This document shows positions 44,201 through 58,536 of a stretch of 64,000 nt of DNA, piece after piece. The stretch comes from Octopus bimaculoides (Eukaryota), in contig NC_068983.1 of assembly GCF_001194135.2 (NCBI RefSeq), positions 102,714,371-102,778,370 of the forward strand. Direction: 5' to 3'. How positions within the stretch are numbered: position 1 is the stretch's first letter; every line of letters starts with the position of its first letter. Under the pieces are notes generated by a model. That model worked only from the letters and a program-made list of their open reading frames with translations, did no database searches and was not told the origin of the DNA. Made by a program: the position numbers and the translations under genes.

Positions 44201-44878
44201 AATGTACTGACAATATCAACTCAGCATCAACAAAAATAGACCAAAGTATAGGAATCCAAATGATCAACTTAAAAAATCTTGAAGACTGCAGGATGGCTGC
44301 AACTAAAATTTATAAAAGAGGAGTGAAAGGAAGAAAACTTACCACCAGGTTCGAAGCCAGCATCTTCGAAATATTTTGTCATATTGCTTCCTGAAGTGAT
44401 TTTCACTAGATGTTCACCCAAACTGAGTTAAAGAAAGAAAAAACATGCTAATAAAGTTAATGAACTGGCTAAAAGAAAAAAAATCAAGTAAATTAAATAA
44501 TGACTGGATTATAATTATTATTATAATTACTATTATTATTATCATGCAAATTCTGCCAAAGTTGACTTTGCCTTTCATCCTTTCAGGGTCAATAAATTAA
44601 GTACCAGTCAATGAGATCAACTATTCTCCTACCCTCAAATTCCAAGCCTTATGCCAATAGTAGAAAGGATTATTATTATTATTGCTGTAGGCATGCCAGA
44701 CAAAATGCTTAGCAGCATTTCTTCCAGTGCTTTACTTTCTGAGTTCAAATGCTGCCAGGATCAACTTTGCCTTTCATCTTTTTGGAGAGAGTCAAATTAA
44801 TACCAGTTGAGTACTGGGAACAATAAAATCAGTTTACCCACCTCTCCTAAAATTGCTGACCTAGTGCCAAAATTTGAA

Positions 44879-44910
<32 letters not shown>

Positions 44911-44933
44911 TACTACTACTACTACTACTACTG

Positions 44934-44977
<44 letters not shown>

Positions 44978-46878
44978 GCTGCTGCTGAGTTGGCAAATCG
45001 TTAGTATGCTGAACAAAATGCTTAGTGACATTTACATTCTGATCTCAAATTTCAGAGTCAATAAGTACCAGTCAAGTACTAGGGTTGATATAATTGACAA
45101 GCCTTGTGTCTATAGTAGAAAGACTTGTTATTACCATTATTTATACCAAAGGCATAGGCACTATTTATGGAATTAAGCTAAGTATAATACAGATACTTAT
45201 TTTATCAGAGAGGATGGAAGGGAAAGTTAATCGCAACACAATGTTAGATCCATGTAACCCAGTGCTGGATCAACTATTAAGCAAAATAATCACATGCTTA
45301 GGGCATCAAGGGAAGGAGGGGGGCACCACAGAATGGTAAATGGTTTATGGCACAAAAGAATTCACTTAAAACTTGTTAAAATAATATTTGGGATGCCTTT
45401 ATCTCTACTAAGTATAGATGCAGATGTGTTACCTAATATTAATTTTGAGGATCTGATCAAAGACTTAAAAAAGTAGGAGGAAACTTTTCAAATATAAAAA
45501 AAAAATGGAAGTATACAAAAATAAACATTATTTTCCCTCATAATGTTTTGTTTCATTTTGAAAAAATAAAAATTTATTTTATGGTTTGTTATTGTTTATA
45601 TTTTGAATTACATAATCCTTTATGAGGGTACCAAAATCTTTTAAGTGCTTAGAGCCTTGATGGGTCTTAATCCAGCCCTGATGTAACCACCCATCAGTGA
45701 TAAAAATGGGTTTTTGGGACAAGGGGCAAACTAAAATCTACAAGGTTGAGGTTGTAGGGCCAACACTACAAGCCACCTGTATAACTATCTCCAACATGAA
45801 CAGATAAGTAATGGAACGCCATCCTTTTGTGTACCCCAGCTCCATTTCCATCACTGGTGGTAATTATATACTTCTTTGTGGTGGCACTCTGTCGATTACA
45901 ATGATGAGAGTTCCAGTTGATCTGATCAACAGAACAGCCAGCTCATGAAATTAACGTGCAAGTGGCTGAGCACTCCACAGACACACATACCTTCAACATA
46001 GTCCTCAGGGAGATTCAGCATGACACAGAATGTGATAAGGCTGGCCACATGAATTACAAGTACGATTGATTTTTGCCAGCTGAGTGGACTGGAGCAATGT
46101 GAAATAAAATGTCTCACTCAAGGACACAATGTGCCACTGAGAATTGAACTCATTACTTTACATTTGTGAACCATTTACCTTAACCACTAAGCCACGTTCC
46201 TTCACTAACTATATACTACACAGCATTTAATTCAATATTATCTCTCATTTATGACATCCACCTTACTACCCCCCATTTTTTTTTTCTTTTTTGTAATACA
46301 ATTACTTGAAAAAAGAGATAAGAGCAGAACATTACTCATACAAACATACCTTACAGGTTGTGTAGAGACAAGTGATTTGTGATCCCTACTTGGTACCAAA
46401 GTAGAACGGCATACTGATGCAGACAGAGTTCGTGGACCTCCCAGTGGCTAGCAGACAAAGTGTCAGAAAATGATGAAATAACTTCAAACTTAATGAAGTA
46501 CAATAATAATGAGAAACTTGCACAAAAAAATATTTTAAATCTTATAAATATCATATCGAAACACTATCTCAAAGTAAAAACAAAATAATGATAATAATAA
46601 TAAAACATCAAAAATTATTTTCGATTTCAAGAAACAAATAGAATAATTAAAAAACTTTTTTTAAGAATTTAAATAAGCAAAGTAATGTTATTTTCTAAAA
46701 TTTAAAAACAGATTCTTAACTGGGATTTTTATTTACATTTGGCGGATATTTGTCATCATCTTGTTTGTTGTTAGCACAACGTTTCAGCTGACACCCTTCA
46801 GCCTTCATCAGGTGTCTTGGAGAAATTTCGAACCTGGGTTCTCATTCCTAAGGTATTTTTCGATGTTATTATTATTAC

Positions 46879-46925
<47 letters not shown>

Positions 46926-48854
46926 TCACAGCCTGGAATCGAACTTGGAATCTTAGGGTTAGTAGCCCACGCTCTTAACCACTACGCCATATGCCACATG
47001 CCCATGGGCATATGGCATAGTGGTTAAGAGCGCGGGCTACTAACCTCAAAATTCCGAGTTCGATTCCAGGCTGTGACCTGAATAATAATAATAATAATAT
47101 CGAAAAATACCTTAGGAATGAGAACCCAGGTTTGAAATTTCCCCAAGACACCTGATGAAGGCTGGATAGTATATCAGCTGAAATGTGTTAACAACAAACA
47201 AGATGAGGACAAATATCTGTCAAATGTAAATAATGTACATAATTCCTCATCTCTTAAATATAGAACTGGGTTTTCTATGTTGCTTTTCGTCACTAACACA
47301 CACATAATGCAAATATGGAAACACACACACATCTAATTTAATCTATTTAATATCTATAAAATTGAAGTTTTCTGTGTGTGTGTGTGTGTGTGTGTGTTTG
47401 TGTGTACAAAAATTTAATGTACCTCAATAGCTTCTATATATCTCATCCAATTTCTTTAAAATTTTATACACAGCTGCTTCATATCCTAGACCCAAACATA
47501 GGCTACTTAGATTTTTTTAAAAATCAATATTGAGGCCTCTAGAGCAGTGGGAAACCAACAATAGAGGATTCCTATTCATTTGCATTAATCAGCTGTTTTA
47601 TAATCTGTAGGGTCTTCCATACTTTTTTAATCTTATGATATTTCAACTGTAGTCCATTGTTTCAAATATGTTTTGGCATTGTCATTCTGGCACTTGTGCC
47701 GCAGCATGTGTGAGGACTTTCGAGCGAGATTGTTGCCCGTGCCACTGGACTGGCTCTTGTGCGGGTGGCACATAAAATACACCATTTTGAGCGTGGCCGT
47801 TGCCAGTCAAATCGTCCAACCCATGCTAGCATGGAAAGCAGACGTTAAACGACGATGATGATGATGATGATTCTAGCCTCTTTTAAACAATTACATGATT
47901 CGTCCCAAAGAATCAACCTTTAAAAAAATGAGTCTGGCTTCCACTAGCGAAAGCTATACATATCTTTCAGAAAGCTCTATACCAATTTAACTTTATACAG
48001 CATTTGCTGCTAGTTTATGCACATGCTATGAGGGAAGACAGAATAAGGTGATTTTGTTGGCTTATCTCTCTGAGAAAATAGCTCTCTTTGCTGTTGATAA
48101 AAATAAACTCGCAGAGGGGAAGTTTCCACATCTTCCTTCAATTTCTTGACACCATTTATGTGGCTGTTTCTGACAAGAAATTTTGCTTTCATATAAAACA
48201 ACTATATTTTGTAGTCATTATCCGTAATCTACTTCCAAAACACTTCAGTAGCTATACTTTACATCGTTTGCAAACTTATATGGTCTATGTTCATTAAAAG
48301 TGCAATAACCTCCACAGTAACCAGCCTTCAATTTGATTTTCCATTCCTAGGTTAATTGGAAACATAGNNNNNNNNNNNNNNNNNNNNNNNNNNNNNNNNN
48401 NNNNNNNNNNNNNNNNNNNNNNNNNNNNNNNNNNNNNNNNNNNNNNNNNNNNNNNNNNNNNNNNNNNCACACACACACATATATATACATATGTATACAC
48501 ACACGAGAGGAAAGAAGAGGGGTAGAGAGAGAGGGAGGGAGCAAAGCTGCAACAAGGACAAATAAATATGAAAACAGTAATCAGGTAAGCCTAATAGTAG
48601 GAAAAGAGCTTGAAGGTTCATTGCCAACCTGGAAGATACAGAAATTTGGGTAAGTAGAAGTGAGGAGTTTGCACAAGTAAACCTGCAGAGGGATAAATCA
48701 GCAGAAGGATAAAATATATATCATGCTCATCCGCAATCCATAGAAGCATCAATGAATATCGATGATGAAATGATGCCATCAACATTGTCTGGAATAATTA
48801 TGATGATGTTGATGATGATGAGGCCTGATGATGATAATGAAAATGATGATGTCA

Positions 48855-48889
<35 letters not shown>

Positions 48890-50294
48890 GTTGATGATGA
48901 AGTCGATGATGATGGTGATAATGAATATAAATAACCACACTTGACTGCAGAAGCACAATCAACACATACACATAAATGTCAAAGAAATATAAATCTATAC
49001 AAGAAATATAAATCTATACATACATAGGTGCAGGAGTGGCTGTGTGGTAAGTAGCTTGCTTACCAACCACATGGTTCTGGGTTCATTCCCACTGTGTGGC
49101 ACGTTGGGCAAGTGTCTTCTACTATAGCCTCGGGCCGACCAAAGCCTTGTGAGTGGATTTGGTCGATGGAAACTGAAAGAAGCCTGTCATATATGTGTAT
49201 ATATATATGAATGTGTATATGTTTGTGTGTCTGTGTTTGTCCCCCCAGCATCGCTTGACAACCGATGCTGGTGTGTTTACGTCCCCGTAGCCTAGCGGTT
49301 CGGCAAAAGAGACCGATAGAATAAGTACTAGGCTTCCAAGGATAAGTCCTGGGCTCGATTTGCTCGACTAAAAAGGCGGTGCTCCAGCATGGCCGCAGTC
49401 AAATGACTGAAACAAGTAAAAGAGTAAAAGAGAGTAAGAGTATACAATACAACAGAGTGTATAAGGAAGACGCTGGGAAACTGAAGGAAGTCCAATATGG
49501 AGAATGTCAGATAATTGAATAAACAAAAAACAGTTACTGGTGATGATAATGAGGATAGTAATGATGATAAGAATGATTACTAAGTCCCAATGGAACAATT
49601 TTTGACATGGAACCATTTTCTGTGTGGAATACAGATTGCATTGTCAAACTCAGCCGAGTACAGTCCTTGAGGTCAAGTTCGCAATCCTAAGGTTTGAAAC
49701 CTTGAGTTAGTTTGAGTTGAAGAAACCATTCTGCCACATCTACTTGAATTGCACCTTTGAACTTCTAATGGGAGGCAACCACCACAAGATTATAATGATG
49801 ACGATGATGATGGTCACAATGTTCACAGAGATGATGATGATGTGGAGAAGGAGGATACTGACAATGCATTTTTCCTTTTATGATGCAGTTTGTCAATACC
49901 AGAAGAAATGGCAGTGCCCATAGAGTTTTGTCTGCATGCATGATGGTGGTAGTGGTAGTGGTGACAGCTATGATGATGATGATGATGATGATGACGACAA
50001 TGGCAATGATGATGATGGCATCAACAAGAACAACGATGATGATGATCTGATTTATTATGAAAATTTCACAGGAGGAAATGCAAATCAGCTTAACAACATA
50101 CATTGCGTAATGATATGCAGAACAAAACAGGTTGGTTTCAATGGTCATGTTATAAATTAAACAAACATTTTCCCCATGACCAGACATGTTTTTCATTCAA
50201 GTCTGGAAATGAACAATATTGCTTGTCTGATGGCAATGCTCTTCTATAACCATCACATGGATGTCAAGACAAAGATATAGGCATATATAGGAAC

Positions 50295-50329
<35 letters not shown>

Positions 50330-52844
50330 TATATATATATATGATAGGCTTCCTTCAGTTTCCATCTACCAAATCCACACACAAGGCTTTGGTCAGCCCA
50401 CAGTTATAGTAAAATGCACTTGCTTAAGTGTCATGCAGTGGGACTGAACCCAAATCTACATGGTTGGAAGGAAAACATCTTGACCACACGACTACACCAG
50501 CTATAGCAATAAATATTTCTGCTTTGGTTCAGAAAGTTTGCAGACTTATGTCCAACTAATATTTTGGAAAATATTTTGAAAAGACACAAGCCCTGGTGTA
50601 ACAGAAAAATTAATGGATAGTTTAGAAGAACTCTATCAAATTATAACAGTAGAAGGTTGGTCTTCATTTTGGTTTGTTACTATTTTGTCATGCTGACTTG
50701 AATCCAGATATTGAAGCAATAAGCAGGATAAACTAGATGGATAGCTCAACAAAGAATACTTGCCATATAAGTGGTACCATAATTCTAAAAACAAATAAAC
50801 AAACAGATACTTAAAAAATTGAATTTCTAAATTTCCATTGATAAGATTTCTCATTTCTAGAGTAAACTTATAAGTTTAAGATAAATTAATTTTTACCTCT
50901 TTGGGTAGCGTAGTGACATTATTTATACACTGAGCTTTAGGCCCATCTGGAGATCCACAGAGAGTGATGTTGAAACCATGATAGTACTGGGTGCCAGCTG
51001 AGGTAAATAGATGTCCTCCAATTACATGTTGAAAGCTGTAAATAGGAGACAAGTAGAAACAAGATTAATAAATCTAATCAACAAAAACCAAGAAGATTTC
51101 TCAAGTTCCAGTCATTTGGTTTCTAATTCCCAGTTCACATTCACCAACTACCACCTGCAGATTCAGTTCTCAGCCACCTAGCCTCTGGCCTGGCACAATC
51201 CCACTGAGCCAGTCTGCTACAACATGTGCCTAAGAGGAATTCTCTATGTAACCACTTTATCTACTATGAATAATAGTCAAATGCTACTAAATTGGAAACT
51301 ACTAATGTGAAAAAAAAAAGTATACTCTGCTTAAATAAAAACAGAATGATCACAGGATTCACCAGTAGTAAAACAATAGCAACCACAAAATCTTGTTGTG
51401 CTCCCCAATACCTATACTATGTGTACCAGGTTTATTCAAGTTCTATGCATGACAGATTTTTCTACACCGTTTACTCAGTGAAATGATATTCTCCACTTGC
51501 AATAATAATTCTTTCACAGTTATTTAACAAAGATGATTCATTTGTGGCATGGAATTTTTCAGCAAAGTCAACACAACTAAATACAGATTTGCTAAAAATA
51601 AATGTATGTTTGTTTTGATTGGTCCAGAAATAGATTATTCCTGCAATCAAGAATGTGTATGCACACTGTGTTGGAAATGGAAAATGTGGGAAACAAAAAT
51701 CTGAAATTGTTCAATCATACACAAAATTTTAGCATTTTCATCTTATTGTAAATAATCTATGTGAATAGGGTGGAGGATTAACAGATCATTAAAATATCAG
51801 ATAAGATGTCATGTGACATTATTTAGTTATCACCATTTACATACTTCCAGAGTTGATAAAATAAGTACTGGTCAACTATTAAGTTCAATATAATTGACTG
51901 TGTCCCTCTTTCACAACCAACATTGACATTTGTAACATTGTACATATATAAAAAATCAATAGCACATGTGAGAGAGACCTATAATGAACATCAACAGAAT
52001 TTTACATAAACATATATGAGGTCAAGTTTTTGATTTCCAGTTAGGAAAACAATAAAATAATGATAATGAAAATTATCACAGGACAGGTTTTATGGACAAA
52101 ACCAACTGGCAGGAGACCCAGCAGTAGACCAGAAGCAAAATGGTCAGAAAATATCCATGAGCTCAGTTGGTCTCTCTTGGGGGTCCAACCAAATCAATTG
52201 GAGACCGTTGCTTCTGACAAGACTCAATGGAAGGTATGCTTGAGGACTGCCTCCACGACCTTTCCAGGATTAAGTGGGCAAAAATAAATGAGATAAGATA
52301 ACAATAATTATGTATTCTGGTAAAAAAAATAAATCCTTTCCTTGTGGATGACTTGAAACTATATGCCAAGAGTATGCATGAGATAAAAAAGAGACTTACA
52401 CTGATTACAACAGTCTCAAAGAAAATAAGGTTGGAGTCTGGTCAGAATAAATGTTACTATGTGGTTGTGAAGGAAAGAAGGAAAACTGTAAACCAGACTA
52501 GCAGCATCTCCATCAATGACTGAACTGTTTCTCCTATATTTGATGAGGCTACACAAAATAGGGGGCTAATGCAGTTTAGCACCTCTCCTTGAAAAATGCA
52601 TTTTTTTCAGATTCCTATGATTTAGATGTCGGAGATTATGAATATGCAAAAGAAAAAAAAATTTTTTAACTTTCACCCCACCCACCTCCAATTAAAATTT
52701 TTGATTTTGTTTACTTTAAAGAGATCATAGTGAATTGACGAACATATGCAAATTGAAATTAAATATAGACGAAAACATTGAAGTGAAAAGAATTTGCGTT
52801 TTACTTGTGCTTGCCTTAAATAATCGTAAATAATAATATAAAGG

Positions 52845-52875
<31 letters not shown>

Positions 52876-55800
52876 CGATATCTGTCATAAGCTTCTTTTC
52901 TACAGGTACGACTGAAGACAATATAGCATTTAGTGTCGCAGTCATTCTACCTCCCAGGTACATTATAGAACAAGAAAATTCAGAAGACTTTGAACTGATG
53001 GCAATAGAAGAGAGGCAATAGAGTCTCAAGACAAACTAGAAGTACATGTTCATTCATGTTGGAAGGTTTAACGACTGAGAAAGAAAGAAACAGTAATTTC
53101 AATCATTTTAATAGAAAATAACAAACTTACCCAGCAAGACTTTCGAAGTCATAATGCCGGTTATTCTTTTCATCTTTGTAGGTGCAGTTGGAGATACATT
53201 GGCGTCCATCAACAGCATGCAATCCTGGTCCACAAGGTTTACATGACTCTATTCCCCAGGCATTACCAGAATGAACTACAGTATTTGGTGGGCACGGAGT
53301 ACACTTAGTAGAGTTCACATCAATATAGTGTCCATCTGGACAGGGAACACAGCTGTAACAGAAAAATAATATATAATACTAAAGGTCCCTGTAAATATAT
53401 TTTTCTCTCCAACTCTCTCTTCTTCTCTCATATCACTGTTTTATGAAGTTGCAATGCATGTTTTCAACTATGTTCAATGAATTCTGTTCAATCCAAAGGA
53501 ATGCTGAAAGGTTCCTGGCTTTGGTCTAAAAAATACAGGAGGATCAGTTAATTATGACTTTATTCAACATATTCCCCTCTCAGATTCACACACTTATCAC
53601 AGCAGTCCTTCATTTTTTTTTAAGCCCTGTAAAAAAAACTTGGAAGGTTGGGCCTCCAATCAGGCCTTTTGTGATATCCTTAAAGCCAGGAACTTTTCAG
53701 CACCCCTTTGTATGTTTTGGTTGCTAGTTTGTTTTACCCCTTTAGCATTTAAACTAGCTGCATCAGGCCCAAATATTCTGTGTTTTATGCCTAAATAAGT
53801 TAGATCCAGCCTCTCACACACCATACAATGTCATTCTAAAAATAAACAATTACATCATTGAAATCCTAAAGCTACAAAACAAGTATGATTAATTCAAAAC
53901 AATGTGAATAAATTAGCACTACATTAGACAGAATAACCTGAAAACAAAAAGGTTAATATTTTAAGGTTTTCAAGTTCTATAATTCTGGGGATGGCAATGG
54001 CCATTTTCACGATATTTCTATTACCTGTATCTTATTCTAAAATTTCTATACTTTGTAGTTACAGATATGTGATGATTTATTATTGAGGTTTGATGTTTGT
54101 ATTTGTGTTTTGTAACAATAAACAGGTGTAGACATAATGGACATATTGTGCTAATGTTTGACTCATGCATTTTGTCTAGTAACTTCCAGGCAGTGTTTAT
54201 GTTTTTAATGTTAACACCACTGGTGTTAGTCCTTTAGCATTCAAATTTCTTTGTCAAATGTAAAGCTTATTTATCCTATGTAAAGCTTATTTATGTAAAG
54301 CTTATAGCACATTGTTTTGAATTAATCACACACTATCTTGTAGCTTCAAGATTTCAATGGTGGATTTCACAAGAGAAATTTTGTAAAATGACTTTCTCAA
54401 ACTAGGTAGCCACAATCTCTGAAGATGCAAGACAGCATTTCAGAGAGTGCAACAAAGATGGGAACAGTATACTTTATCAAAATTGCTTTTCAGAATAACT
54501 AGCTCTTAAAAATAACTTCATTCATTATTATTCCACAGCACTGAACTTCATTCAGTTTTTAAAAAAGAAATTATTTATCAGATATTTGACTTTTTCAACT
54601 TCAAAAGTGATATTACTTTTATAGTGGAGTACAAAATTTAATCAAATGTTTCCTTGAGATGTGAGGCATAGAAAAGGCTGAGAATCTAGAAATATAAAAT
54701 TCTACATGTATGATTTTATAATCTCCACAATTACACAAGGGGCAATATAAAAGATTTTGTGATTTACCATTAGTGTAATATATACATTTTTTCTATTTAT
54801 ATCAGTATAAATTGAGGAGTATGTCCAATGAATATTTAACAAATATTTTGTCCGTCTCTATGTTTTGGGTCCAAATGCCACCAGGGTTGACTTTGCCTTT
54901 CATCCTTTCAGGGTAATAAAATAAGTACCAGTTGAGCCTTGAGGTTAATTTAATCAACTTAGCCCCTTCCCTGAAATGGCTGGCCTTGTGCCAAGATGTG
55001 AAACCAATGTCTGGCAGTAATTTTTCACTCTTTGTTAGCAGAGATCAACCTTCAATAATCCCTTTCACATTTAAAGGATTCAGTAATTTTATCCTGATAA
55101 CAAAGAATCATTACAGTAACAATTTTGTCAAAATATTTTTGTATTATGACATATAGATATTTTACTATTGATAAATAGGAAAATACATCTATAAAATACA
55201 TTTGTCTGTTTGCTAATAAGGACACATAATGTACAAAAAAATTTATTACCATTATTCTTCTAAGTATTTCAATGCCTTAGGATTATTATCTTGTTGCATT
55301 TTGAATACAAGCAGTAATGTCAAATCATGTCAAGAAATATTTCAAGCCTTTCACAATTTATGAAACTTGTCAGACTAGTGTCTAAATTCTAGCATTTTAT
55401 TTCTTATCACTGGTATTTGGTAAGATTACAGTTAGTCATATTTCATAAGAATATTTTAATGCTCATCTAAATTTAGTCTAATGCCAAACTTTTGAGGAAT
55501 GACAGATAAATTAGGAATTTTAATTTAGTTGCAACCATGAGAGATATTTTTATTAGCTAATTTTTTTTTAACTTAGAGTAAATACTAGTGATTAAAAAAG
55601 AGAGATAAACAGCTGGAATTTATGTCTAAACTATTATATGACCTTTTGCATAAATTAACTGGAACATTTACAAACTATGACCTTTAACAGTAATGTTAGA
55701 ATAAATAGAATCATTTCATTAGATTTTGTACTTTTCTTTTATCACCAAACCAAATATCACAAAAATATGAACTTTTTATATTGAAATTACACAGGTACTG

Positions 55801-58492
55801 TATGTGTTAAATCTTGAAACTTGTCAAATATACCAATTATGATAATTAGTGAAATGTTCTTCAAATGTATTTGAGTAAGATGGATTTATTCATAACAGCA
55901 ATATAAAGTTAAACCTTTGAAAATCATGTTGAGAAATGGATATAAAAAGTAATGAACATAAAAATAGACATAGTGTAGTAAAATGGACATAAAAGTTAAC
56001 ATAGTGTTGAGAAATGGACATTAAAATAGACATAATGCAGAGATATGGGCATAAAATGTAAATAAGGTAAACAGGTGGCATACCCTTGTGGACAGTTAAT
56101 ATAAGGGAAATAATCATTTCTTCATAATATTTAGTGGGATTAGAAGTTTGAATTTGAATTTAAGGAATAAGGAAAAATATGCATAGAAAACACAAAAAGG
56201 GGAAATTATAAAATCATTTAATAACAGTGAAAAAGTATATAATTTGTTGATACCCGTCTTGCTGTGTTCCTCTTGGACATTTTTGACAGCTTGCTGCACC
56301 GCCTGATATTGTATTGGTGACTTCTATGAAATGAATTCGAGCATAATCAGTAATATACATTTGGCTAATATCTTCGTCTTCATCCTTAGACAACCACTGT
56401 GAGTGCATAAAAATCCAGCTAAATTTAGCAGCTCCATTTCGCAGAACAGGAAACCTTAAATATATAAAAAAAAAATTTTTTTGTTTTTAAATTAGTCTAA
56501 TTTTAATTTCGTCTCTGCAATAAAAATGTAGTTTTATAACAGATTCATTATTTAACCACATTCATTGTAATGCTAATAAAAAAATTTTTTTAAATAAAAT
56601 AATGTTGAGGGAATTACTTACACAAATTTCTGCTTTTGCTGAGTACCAATCCATTTTTTCACAACATTAGGACGTGTTGTTTGATGATCCTGTCAGAAGG
56701 ATAAAATAAGAAATAAAATTTTCTTATGAATATATTCAATGTTACTAAATAAATATTTGTTGTTGTTGGCACTCCGTCGCTTATGACGTCGAGGGTTCCA
56801 GATGATCCGATCAACGGAACAGCCTGCTCGTGAAATTAACGTGCATGTGGCTGAGCACTCCACAGACACGTGTACCCTTAACATAGTTCTCAGGAATATT
56901 CAGCGTGACACAGTGTGACAAGGCTGACCATTTGAATTACAGGCACAACAGAAACAGGAAGTAAGAGTGAGAGAAAGTTGTGATGAAAGAGTACAGCAGG
57001 GTTCGCCACCATCCCCTGTCGGAGCCTCATGGAGCTTTAGATGTTTTCTCTCAATAAACACTCACAACGCCCAGTCTGGGAATTGAAACCGCGATCCTAT
57101 GACCGCAAGTCCGCTGCCCTAACCACTGGGCCATTGCGCCTCCACTACTAAATGAATATAAACAATATACAATAAACAAAAAACAATCAAAAGCTTTTAT
57201 TTGTTCAACAGAGATAGACTCTAATTCCTTTCTAATTTTGGCACAAGGCAAGTAATTTTGAGGCGAGAAGGAAGTTGATTACATCAGCCCCTATGTTCAG
57301 CTGATATTCAATTTATCAACCCTCAAAGAATGAAAGGCAAAATTAACCTTGGTGGTGTTTGAACTTAGAGCATAAAAATCCAGAAGAAATGCCACAAAGC
57401 ATTTCATCTGGCATGATAACAATTCGGCCAGCTCACTGCTTTAAGATAGTCCCTTAGCACAAAAGCATTATGGTAGAGTTATATTAACCATTTAAAACAC
57501 AAACATTGTTATATTCACTTCTGTTTTACTTTGTAATATTATCATATATTATTAAATACCAATAACAATATGAGAGATCACTATATGGATCCCTTGCACT
57601 TAAGTGCTATGTTTATTTCTTTTCATTTGTCTCGCTCATAAACATCTAGCATCTTACTAAGTTGAGAGCACAGATTTAGTGGTAAGACGGTTTGACATCT
57701 ATTTTTAGCACAGAAGGGATCCATATAGTAATCTCTCATATTGTTTATGTCTAAATATATTTCATGGCTCTTGGACATTTTCAAGTATGCTGACCACTAG
57801 TTGAAATTGATATTATTTAATAATATTAATTTCTACTCTTATTAATATTAAGTACCAATGTTTTTTGTCAAATATTAACAACTTGGTCACAGCTAAACAA
57901 CACATACATATCCTGAAACAGAGCCAACTAGATAAACTTATTAATCAGTTGTATCCATCGATAAATAATCCATACTGAATGTCGGAGATAAGTTGGGCAA
58001 GAATCATAATAACCTTGTTTTTGTAAAATATATTATCAGCACAAGCAAAATTATAAAGCTAGCTTCAGCTTTACTAATTTATTTCTTTAATAACTGATAA
58101 TAACCAAGAATCAAACCTTGTTTAGAGAAAACTAGCTGCCTACTTTGAAGAACTTGCCATTTTATCCTGATTAGAGCAGAAGACAAGACTAAATTTATAA
58201 TTTAAAAAATGCAGCTTATGCAGTATCTGAAAGTCATTTTACAGAATAATGTCTCTTGTGTAAATGATTGGTCTTTTGAATTATATATTATCTTTTTTTT
58301 TCACCTGTTTCAGTTACTGGATGCAAACATGTTGGAGTACCACTAGTGGAGGTTATCAAAAAAATTGATCCCGGTACTTATATATTAGAGTCTGATACTT
58401 ATTCTATCAGTGTTTTTGCTGAACCACTACATTACAGGAACATAAACAAACCAACATCATTTGTCAAGAGGTGGAGGGAGACAAACAGACAC

Positions 58493-58536
<44 letters not shown>

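Noticed and set aside
47006-47075. tRNA-like sequence that could be called a tRNA gene
   Set aside because: No acceptor-stem closure, and it is fused to a repeat body seen three times, so it is a SINE head.
48752-50160. Poly-Asp/poly-Met ORFs
   Set aside because: They come from (GAT)n microsatellites inside an intron.
52673-53029. 118-aa minus-strand ORF beside an ELAPOR exon
   Set aside because: Intronic and partly (ATC)n-derived, with no family similarity; the true next exon is 50897-51035.
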